Shown: in pieces, positions 51,983 through 59,222 of the stretch
Layout: every line of letters starts with the position of its first letter
How positions within the stretch are numbered: position 1 is the first letter of the stretch
Source: an uncultured candidatus Porisulfidus sp.
Lineage (GTDB): Bacteria > Pseudomonadota > Gammaproteobacteria > Poriferisulfidales > Poriferisulfidaceae
DNA: 64,000 nucleotides
Direction of reading: 5' to 3'
Assembly: GCA_958431155.1 (NCBI GenBank)
Contig: OY288106.1
Location: forward strand, 1,197,888 to 1,261,887
Program-made: the position numbers and the translations under genes
Notes under the pieces: generated by a model
What the model was told of the DNA's origin: nothing
Seen by the model: the letters and a program-made list of their open reading frames with translations, nothing else
Databases searched by the model: none

Positions 51983-52722
51983 TGCGCCAACCTCCGGATT
52001 CCCTGTTCCCGCTCACCGTCTCCGGCCTTGATTTTTCTGTCGGAGGAGAGCAACTGCTGTCCGGCTTGTCGTTTGAGTTGCTAGGGAAAGGTTGCACGGC
52101 AATTCTTGGTCCGAACGGTTCCGGCAAGACCCTGCTGCTGCGTCTGTGCCATGGAATGCTCACACCCACAGGCGGCTCCATCCACTGGGGGGATGCCACA
52201 CCGGCCCAAGCCCTGCCATCGCAGGCCATGGTCTTCCAATTGCCCGCCATGCTCAACCGCAGCGTGTGGGCAAATATCGACTATGCGCTGAGGCTGCGCC
52301 GTGTTTCACGCACCGAGCGGCAGCGGCTTGTCCAAGAAGCTGTCGAGCTCTGCGGCCTGACTGAGGTCGTTGGGCGCAATGCCCGGGTCCTGTCCGGCGG
52401 TGAACGGCAGAAGCTGGCCATCGCGCGAGCCTGGATCACTCGGCCCCGCGCCCTGCTGATGGACGAACCCACCTCGGAACTGGACCCGCTCGCCACTCGG
52501 GAGATCGAAGCCATGATCCAGAGAGTCGTCGCCCAAGGTGTTCGCGTCATTCTGGCCACGCACGACATGAACCAAGTCCGTCACCTGGCGGATGACGTCC
52601 TTTTTTTGGAATATGGCCGCCTACGGGCCCACCTGCCGATCGGGGATTTTCTGAATTACCAAGGCGATGACACCATGCGCGATTTTGTCACTCATCCCAC
52701 CCGTTCCAGAACCATCCCGTGA
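51979..52722 (+). CDS. tupC: Tungstate ABC transporter ATP-binding protein
   Basis: Walker A GPNGSGKTLL, signature LSGGERQKLAIARA, Walker B LLMDEPTSELD. Confidence 0.75.
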   Translation: MMRQPPDSLFPLTVSGLDFSVGGEQLLSGLSFELLGKGCTAILGPNGSGKTLLLRLCHGMLTPTGGSIHWGDATPAQALPSQAMVFQLPAMLNRSVWANIDYALRLRRVSRTERQRLVQEAVELCGLTEVVGRNARVLSGGERQKLAIARAWITRPRALLMDEPTSELDPLATREIEAMIQRVVAQGVRVILATHDMNQVRHLADDVLFLEYGRLRAHLPIGDFLNYQGDDTMRDFVTHPTRSRTIP

Positions 52723-53540
52723 ACGCCATGCGCCTCGTGTCCGTTTTTGCCTTGAGTTGCTTGGTACTGCCCTGTGCGGTGGCTGAGACGGAATTCCTGA
52801 CGATTGCGTCCACCACCTCTACGGACCACTCGGGCCTGTACGATCACCTGCTCCCGATCTACGAAAATAAAGCTGGCGTGAGTTTCCGAGTCGTGGCCGT
52901 CGGGACCGGGCAAGCCATCCGCAATGCGATGCGGGGGGATGCCGATTTGCTGATTGTTCACCACCGCGAATCGGAAGAGCGTTTCGTCGTCGAAGGCTAC
53001 GGGCTGCGACGGGACGACCTGATGTACAACGAGTTCATGCTGATCGGGCCGCGCGAGGATCCTGCAAAGGTTGCGAAAGCAGGCAACATTGAGGAAGCCT
53101 TACGCCGGATTTCTCTGTCGGGTTTTACTTTCGTTTCTCGTGGCGATGACAGCGGAACCCACAAGCGAGAGTTGGAGTTATGGGAAAGAGCAAGCGTTCA
53201 GGTACGCCCCGCCAGCGGCGACTGGTACTGGGAAGCCGGGGCCGGCATGGGTCCCACCTTGAACACTGCCGCTGCACGCAATGCCTATGTGTTGAGTGAT
53301 GGCGCCACCTGGGCTGCATTCGGCAATCGGCAGGATCTCGTGGCGCTATACCGGGATGGCCCCCTGCTGCACAACCAATACGGCATCATCGTAGTCAATC
53401 CCAACCGCCACCCGCACGTCAAGGAAAAACAGGCAAAAGAATTTTCGGAATGGCTACTGTCGGAAGAAGGACAGAAAGCGATCGCAACTTTCAAAATCAA
53501 CGGAAAACAGGTGTTTTTCCCAAACGCCCGGCCCCGATAA
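52719..53540 (+). CDS. tupA: Tungstate-binding periplasmic protein TupA
   Basis: Signal peptide plus the diagnostic TupA motif IASTTSTDHSGL (TTSTxxSGL) and a PBP type-2 fold. Confidence 0.75.
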   Translation: MNAMRLVSVFALSCLVLPCAVAETEFLTIASTTSTDHSGLYDHLLPIYENKAGVSFRVVAVGTGQAIRNAMRGDADLLIVHHRESEERFVVEGYGLRRDDLMYNEFMLIGPREDPAKVAKAGNIEEALRRISLSGFTFVSRGDDSGTHKRELELWERASVQVRPASGDWYWEAGAGMGPTLNTAAARNAYVLSDGATWAAFGNRQDLVALYRDGPLLHNQYGIIVVNPNRHPHVKEKQAKEFSEWLLSEEGQKAIATFKINGKQVFFPNARPR

Positions 53541-53556
53541 CAATCTATGCCTTAGC

Positions 53557-53868
53557 TCAAGCAAGTTTCTCTCTGTACGGAGCAACCTCGATATCAGCTG
53601 CCTGCTCGCGAGCTTGGGCAATGTCGTAACTGTTCTGCATCCTCAGCAGTGTAGCCATCGATACCCCAAAGGCTTTTTCGATCCGGATCGCCATTTCCGA
53701 CGAAAGGCGCACATGCTCGTGGAGCAATGCAGACAGTGCGGGGCGCGAAACCCCGAGCACCCGCGCTGCGTCGGTCACCGACAAGCCCAGCGGCTCGACA
53801 ATCTCATACCTCACGAATTCTCCCGGGTGGACCGGATTCTTCATTCGAATATTCTGCGTTTTACTCAT
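53557..53868 (-). CDS. HigA-family XRE-type HTH protein (antitoxin-like transcriptional regulator), last gene of the island operon
   Basis: 103 aa. PVHPGEFVRYEIVEPLGLSVTDAARVLGVSRPALSALLHEHVRLSSEMAIRIEKAFGVSMATLLRMQNSYDIAQAR matches the HigA/VapI antidote family. The start overlaps the stop of the 1321-aa gene by 4 bp. Confidence 0.8.
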   Translation of the reverse strand: MSKTQNIRMKNPVHPGEFVRYEIVEPLGLSVTDAARVLGVSRPALSALLHEHVRLSSEMAIRIEKAFGVSMATLLRMQNSYDIAQAREQAADIEVAPYREKLA

Positions 53869-56800
53869 TGCTGATTCCCTGTCCTTCTTACTTTCTCTAT
53901 ATCTTTGCGTATGTCCTCCGCAACTTCTTCAATTTCCCGAGCCACTTTAGGTTCTTTGCCCATTTCCTTTTCAAGCGCAACTGTAAACGGTATAAGTAGT
54001 TTGGCTGATGGCGAAGATTGAACGAAATCGTTGGTATGAGCGGCCCCTTGAGAAACTGTAAAATCGATCAAGGCATATATGGCCTCACTAAGGAGAAATT
54101 CGCAATTGGGTAAGAGCGTGAGTGCCGTTTTAATATCCTGCCCAGCTTGGGGTAAGTCATCACATGCTAGGTGTGCTCGCGATCGAATCAGATAACCCTC
54201 ACACTGGTAGCAACTATAGATTTGCTCCCCATACCGATCAAACAGCAAATTCACCGTATTAATTACCTCATCCAAATGGCCTTGTACTCTTGCACTATTT
54301 GCTAACCGAAGAAAAGCAATAGCAACAGGGTGACGAAGTATGGGATTACTGTTTGTTCCAAAGCGTTGAATCAACTCTTGCCAAACTGCCTTTGCTTGCT
54401 CCTCTTGCCTAAGATCGCTAAGAGCTAGGCCTTTGTAGATTAACATGCGCGCGACTTGGGTATGAAACTGAGGTGCATTTCTGTCGTCGAAGCGTTGCAT
54501 CAGTTGGTCACAAACGGTGATCGTGTCTTCGGGGTAACCCAACTCAAGAAGTGCGGCTCCCTTGTATACAAGGGCCTTCGCAATTGCTTTCAGCATCACA
54601 GGCTTATTGCTACTGCCAAACCGCCGTACAACTTCATCACAGGCGGGAATCGCTTCTTCAAAACGGTTTAATTTAAGGAGTACGCTTGCTTTATTAGTTA
54701 AAGCTTGCACAACAACTCTCAGAATATCAGGCTCATCATTGTCGCCAAACTGCTGTGCAATCTCATCACAGATAATAGCCGCTTCTTCAAACCGATTTGA
54801 CTCATTAAATCTTTGCCCTATATCGAGTAGTAAACGCGCAGCTTGACTACAAATCTCAGGCGCGTCAATACCTCCGCCGAACTGGCGAGCCACTTCACGG
54901 CAAACAGCGATTGCCTGTTCGGAACGATTCAACTCGACAAGCGATTGCACCTTGTTTCCATAAGCATGCGCGACTGCACTAAAAACTTCCGGCACATCAC
55001 TGCTACCAAACTGGCGTATCACTTCGTCACTTACAGTAGCTATCTCTTCAAGGCGATTCAACTCGCCGAGCATGCTTCCTTTATTAGCAAGAGCATGCGC
55101 CACCAGTACAAGCATTTCTGGTTTATCGTTATAGCCGAACAAGTCCACAATCTCGTCACATACAGAAATTGTTTCTTCGAAGTTACCTAACTCGCTAAGC
55201 ACACCACCCTTTTTATATAGTGCCTGTGCTGTAATCTCAAGCAGTTCGGGCATGTCATTGCCACTAAATCGCTGGACAACTTCATCATAGACTACGAGGG
55301 CTTTCCTCGGCTGGTTTAATTTTTCGAGGGCGTTCCCCTTTTCGGTCAATGCCTGGGCAACCACTCTAAGAACTGCCGGCACACCAGTGTCACCAAAGCG
55401 TTGCTCAATCTCGTCACACACAGAAATTGTTTCTTCGAAGTTACCTAACTCGCTAAGCACATCACCCTTTTTAAACAGTGCCTGTGCTGTAATCTCAAGC
55501 AGTTCGGGCATGTCATTGCCACTAAATCGCTGGACAACTTCACCATAGACTACAAGGGCTTTTTCCGGCTGGTTTAATTTTTCGAGGGCGTTCCCCTTTT
55601 CGGTCAATGCCTGGGCAACCACTCTAAGAACTGCTGGCACATCAGTGTCACCAAAGCGTTGCTCAATCTCATCATAGGCGTCGATTGTTTCTTTGGGCTG
55701 ATTTAATTTGATCAGCGTAAGCCCTTTGAAAAAGATAGCCCTCGCGACCTGCTCGACGATCTTCGGTAGATTACTGTCACTGAATCGGTTGACAACCTCA
55801 TCATAAGCCGCGATTTCTTTATCCGGTTGACCTAATGCGTGAAGTGAAACCCCTTTGCTAATCAAAGCTAGTGCGACTTGTTCATGAATCTCAGATACTT
55901 CACTTTCGCCAAATCGACGTACGACCTCATCACAAACGATAATTGCCTCATCGAGCCGATTCGAACTTGCAAGAGTACGTGCTTTAGTTGTAAGGGCCTG
56001 CGCCACTATCTCTAGAACGGCTGGCACTTTACTGTCACCAAACCGGAGCACTACCTCGTCATGGGATACAAGTTCCTCGTCATATTGCTTCGATATGCCG
56101 AGCGTAACACCTTTCAACAAGAGAGCATTAGCAACCTGCTTAGCGAGTTGAGGAGCGTCACTGTCATCGAACTGCCGTGCAATTGTTTCACAAGCGACAA
56201 TCGTTTCCCCGGGTCGTTCCATTTTTAGAAACGAAATACCTGCAGTAATAATTTCTTTTGCCGCCTCCACACGAGCCGACAGCGAATCGTCTATTTCCAA
56301 ACGTTTTAATGTGGAACGAATGATTGCGTCTATGTTTTTCGCTTGACCCTCTTCGGCCACTACGGAGGCTTGCTTAATAGAAACCTTCGCAGGTACTTGC
56401 CCAGCAAGTTTTGTCACATACTGTGGAGAATGTGTGATCGGTCCTAGATTGTCTAGTTTTAATTTGAGAGAAACAGAGTCTGCGGCATCCTCAGACGCAA
56501 CCTTTGGATCAAAACTTTCCGCAAACTCCTCGGGAACAATCGACAATAACTCCTCACGATATTCGGCGAGTACAGGAAGGTCAATCAATTTAATAAACGC
56601 AGCCTGATGAAATGGCATTATCTCCGGCTCCAAGCCATCTGTCTCCCGGATCATGCGGGAAACCAAATCCTTGAGCTGAATCGCCGAATAATATGCATCC
56701 ATGAAGCGAATAAGGGCTTCAATCATTGGTGTTGGTGTTCGGGAACGTCGTAGCAGGTAGTAGATGTTATAGAGTCGCTCTGTCAGATAGTACAGTTTCC

Positions 56801-57830
56801 GCCGAGCCCCACCGCCGACGACCTCTACCGCTCCCCGTTCTACCAAACGGCGAAGCTGAGCACTACTTTGACTAGCATCAAGTCGAGTTCGAGTCGCAAC
56901 TTGACGCGCACTCGCTGGCTCCCACAAATCAGCGAGCGCCAAATACACGCGCCTTTCCTGAGGAGCAAGTACTTCTATGTGGCTCTTAAAGTACTCGGTC
57001 AGATCATCGATTAGCTCCATCAAGTCTGCCATGAAGTCGCGAAACGACAACTCAGCCCCGAATCGGGCAACGATAGAAAGGAGCCTAGGACTACCTCCGG
57101 TAAGAATCTGCAATCCGCGCATTGTCTCTGGGGGGCGATGTTGGCCGGAGACATGCTTCCACAGAACTGCGCATTCCTCTATGCAAAGAGGACGTAAAGT
57201 TTGACTTACAAGAAGATCATAGAAAGCGTGGTTGGATTTATCAATCTCATCAAAGCGAGCGGTCGCACTAGCCAACAGAATGATCCGGGGCTCTGTTTGA
57301 AGGACTTGGCGCAATTGCCACCCAGCATCTGGGTCTGACATGTCCCTGAACATCATGTTCAAGTTCTCAACGATCAAAATGAGTCGTTTCTTTTGCTGGC
57401 TTGAGAAGTCCAGAAGAGAACTAAGACAACGTTTACCGAGCATCCGATCATCGGGAGTATTCCGCAGTTCTTCAACGGTGAGGCTTAGGTTATCTTCCCC
57501 TTCCGGGTACTGTGCTTGATCTGCCAATCGAGACAAAGCTTCCAGCCAGAATTCACCTGCGGTAGCAACTTCGTAACTTTCTTCTGCAAAAACGATCGGG
57601 AAAAAAGAAGATGATAGTGCGGGGTCCCGGCGAATCTCAGCCGCTACTCGAAGGAGAAGGCTGGTCTTACCACAACCACGGGGGCCGATCACCAATCGGT
57701 GTGGGTTTGAATTTCTATCGCATTCGCGCAACATTTCAACAATCGACGCGAATTCATGCGTCCGCACGCAAAATGATGCAATCAACTCATCATCAGTAAG
57801 AAAACCAGGGTTATATTTCACTGTTTTCAT
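53865..57830 (-). CDS. STAND-like P-loop NTPase (AAA_16/PF01637-type ATPase) fused to a large array of about 43-residue alpha-helical tandem repeats; no recognisable effector domain
   Basis: 1321 aa. N-terminus FCVRTHEFASIVEMLRE...RLVIGPRGCGKTSLLLRV (Walker A) and LILIVENLNMM (Walker B-like), then a helical/winged-helix region. Residues about 520-1150 are about 15 repeats of xxVxRFGDSDVPxxLxxVAxALxxKGxxLxxLNRxEEAIxVCDE. GC about 47-50%, against about 62% in flanking DNA. Confidence 0.75.
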   Translation of the reverse strand: MKTVKYNPGFLTDDELIASFCVRTHEFASIVEMLRECDRNSNPHRLVIGPRGCGKTSLLLRVAAEIRRDPALSSSFFPIVFAEESYEVATAGEFWLEALSRLADQAQYPEGEDNLSLTVEELRNTPDDRMLGKRCLSSLLDFSSQQKKRLILIVENLNMMFRDMSDPDAGWQLRQVLQTEPRIILLASATARFDEIDKSNHAFYDLLVSQTLRPLCIEECAVLWKHVSGQHRPPETMRGLQILTGGSPRLLSIVARFGAELSFRDFMADLMELIDDLTEYFKSHIEVLAPQERRVYLALADLWEPASARQVATRTRLDASQSSAQLRRLVERGAVEVVGGGARRKLYYLTERLYNIYYLLRRSRTPTPMIEALIRFMDAYYSAIQLKDLVSRMIRETDGLEPEIMPFHQAAFIKLIDLPVLAEYREELLSIVPEEFAESFDPKVASEDAADSVSLKLKLDNLGPITHSPQYVTKLAGQVPAKVSIKQASVVAEEGQAKNIDAIIRSTLKRLEIDDSLSARVEAAKEIITAGISFLKMERPGETIVACETIARQFDDSDAPQLAKQVANALLLKGVTLGISKQYDEELVSHDEVVLRFGDSKVPAVLEIVAQALTTKARTLASSNRLDEAIIVCDEVVRRFGESEVSEIHEQVALALISKGVSLHALGQPDKEIAAYDEVVNRFSDSNLPKIVEQVARAIFFKGLTLIKLNQPKETIDAYDEIEQRFGDTDVPAVLRVVAQALTEKGNALEKLNQPEKALVVYGEVVQRFSGNDMPELLEITAQALFKKGDVLSELGNFEETISVCDEIEQRFGDTGVPAVLRVVAQALTEKGNALEKLNQPRKALVVYDEVVQRFSGNDMPELLEITAQALYKKGGVLSELGNFEETISVCDEIVDLFGYNDKPEMLVLVAHALANKGSMLGELNRLEEIATVSDEVIRQFGSSDVPEVFSAVAHAYGNKVQSLVELNRSEQAIAVCREVARQFGGGIDAPEICSQAARLLLDIGQRFNESNRFEEAAIICDEIAQQFGDNDEPDILRVVVQALTNKASVLLKLNRFEEAIPACDEVVRRFGSSNKPVMLKAIAKALVYKGAALLELGYPEDTITVCDQLMQRFDDRNAPQFHTQVARMLIYKGLALSDLRQEEQAKAVWQELIQRFGTNSNPILRHPVAIAFLRLANSARVQGHLDEVINTVNLLFDRYGEQIYSCYQCEGYLIRSRAHLACDDLPQAGQDIKTALTLLPNCEFLLSEAIYALIDFTVSQGAAHTNDFVQSSPSAKLLIPFTVALEKEMGKEPKVAREIEEVAEDIRKDIEKVRRTGNQQ
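55151..55666. repeat. Near-perfect 258-bp tandem duplication, two copies, inside the repeat-array coding region
   Basis: 55151-55408 and 55409-55666 differ at only about 10 positions (about 96% identity). Each copy encodes two consecutive 43-aa repeats (FGDTDVPAVLRVVAQALTEKGNALEKLNQP[E/R]KALVVY[G/D]EVVQRFSGNDMPELLEITAQAL[F/Y]KKG.VLSELGNFEETISVCDEIEQR). Confidence 0.85.
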
Positions 57831-57853
57831 GAGATCCTCTTATGCGTTTACTT

Positions 57854-59107
57854 CTAACGAGACATAATTGGGATAAAGTTTTGTCCATACCGAACGCTCC
57901 ACCAGTCTTCAAGCAGACCTGAAATGAAACGGTAACCGCCGCTTTGCCTTTCCAGATACCCATCATGTTCAAGCAAATAAAGCACATCTTCGATAATAAC
58001 CGGATGGGCTCCGGCTTTGACCTCTGCTCTGAGGTGGCGACTGTACTGGTCAATCACGTCATCACTAAGTAAACCACCACCCACGGCAGCCTCCGTCAGC
58101 AATTCCAGAGCAACTCGGTATTCTTCTGTCCTCAGCACCACCCGCAACCGTCCTTGATAATGCTCTAAATCCACCTGCCCCCGCACAGATAGCATTTCAT
58201 TTTCGTATACCTGATCCACATCGTTCAACGAAGCCCGAGTCCGATTTTCACGTCGTAGGTGTTCATGCAGGTACCCGAAAAACTGTTGTATGTGATGCGG
58301 TACATGACACCGCAGACGGCGGCACATGGCCATACGAATGTCAGGGGGAAGCCCGAGCCCATACGCTTCTGCCAATTCGGCAAGGCAGGAAGACGCAGTG
58401 TCTTCGCTCCACGGTTTCAAATCGCAGGGTGCAAAAATGTTTACCTGTGCACTGAGTCCCGCCTGTCGCAGGATAGGCTCCAAACCCACGCTGCCGGAAA
58501 CAATCAGAACGATGCGCCCACGATGCCTCTGGGCGTTCTTTCTCAACCAGCTTAGAAATTTGTCCGTTGCCCGCTTGCCTTCGGTCGTTATATCGTCGCC
58601 ATTCTCTCGTAGCAACCGGCTAACAAAAATTGGCAACTCATCAATGGCCAGCACAACCCGCTGATTATTTTCCGCAAGAGCCGCAATAATATCGTCGCCT
58701 TTACGCCACTGGTTTCCTGCGGCAATTCCTGCGCGCAACTGTACCTGCAATTCTGAGATAGATACGTTATCCACTCGCCCCCCGATCTCCTTCAGGGCGT
58801 TAGAAAAACCAAGCCGGATCCGGCGCCATGCCCCTTTGAGCGATCTGGATTGGGCACCGATTTCGGCGATGGCATCCGCAGGATCAGAAGCATCCTCAAG
58901 ATCAACAAAGATCGTTTCAAATGTCCCTTCCTCTGCCAAGCGCCGCAATAACTCCCTGACTAGGCTCGTTTTTCCCATGCGCCGCGGCGCGGTGATCAGC
59001 GTATGAATTCCATCCCTTGCACGTTCGGAAAGCACTTCAAGTTCTTCGCCCCGATTATAGAAACGGTCTCCATCCACCCAATTTGCCCCTGCTTTTCTCA
59101 ATGACAT
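57854..59107 (-). CDS. AAA+ ATPase (PF01637 'archaeal ATPase'-type) with C-terminal DUF234 domain; first gene of the island operon
   Basis: 417 aa. FYNRGEELEVLSERARDGIHTLITAPRRMGKTSLVREL (F.GRE.EL motif plus Walker A), VLAIDELPIF (Walker B), and a C-terminal ...YLERQSGGYRFISGLLEDWW that matches the DUF234 Y.F.DP.f..W terminus. It is a paralog of the N-terminal ATPase of the downstream 1321-aa gene. Confidence 0.7.
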   Translation of the reverse strand: MSLRKAGANWVDGDRFYNRGEELEVLSERARDGIHTLITAPRRMGKTSLVRELLRRLAEEGTFETIFVDLEDASDPADAIAEIGAQSRSLKGAWRRIRLGFSNALKEIGGRVDNVSISELQVQLRAGIAAGNQWRKGDDIIAALAENNQRVVLAIDELPIFVSRLLRENGDDITTEGKRATDKFLSWLRKNAQRHRGRIVLIVSGSVGLEPILRQAGLSAQVNIFAPCDLKPWSEDTASSCLAELAEAYGLGLPPDIRMAMCRRLRCHVPHHIQQFFGYLHEHLRRENRTRASLNDVDQVYENEMLSVRGQVDLEHYQGRLRVVLRTEEYRVALELLTEAAVGGGLLSDDVIDQYSRHLRAEVKAGAHPVIIEDVLYLLEHDGYLERQSGGYRFISGLLEDWWSVRYGQNFIPIMSR

Positions 59108-59117
59108 AGCCTTTTCC

Positions 59118-59161
59118 CAACGAATTCGTTGCCATCATTATAGTTGGCAACGAATTCGTTG
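59118..59161. promoter_or_regulatory. Two copies of the perfect 14-bp palindrome CAACGAATTCGTTG, 30 bp apart, immediately upstream of the island operon start; candidate operator
   Basis: Copies at 59118-59131 and 59148-59161. The second extends to TTGGCAACGAATTCGTTGTCAA, a 22-bp near-palindrome. The first copy overlaps the presumptive RBS of the 57854..59107 gene. Confidence 0.5.
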
Positions 59162-59222
59162 TCAAGATCTGTCATACTCTTCGGATTTTCTCTAGTAATC
59201 GAGAGCCTTTATCTGTTCTTTC

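Noticed and set aside
54456-55190. Three plus-strand ORFs (71-115 aa) antisense to the repeat-array gene
   Set aside because: They are generated by the internal repeat structure and lie antisense to a long uninterrupted 1321-aa frame. They could conceivably be real antisense products but nothing supports that.
55000-56300. CRISPR-like appearance of regularly spaced repeats
   Set aside because: The period (about 129 bp per 43-aa unit) and repeat divergence fit coding protein repeats within a continuous ORF, not a CRISPR array. No short identical direct repeats with unique spacers are present.
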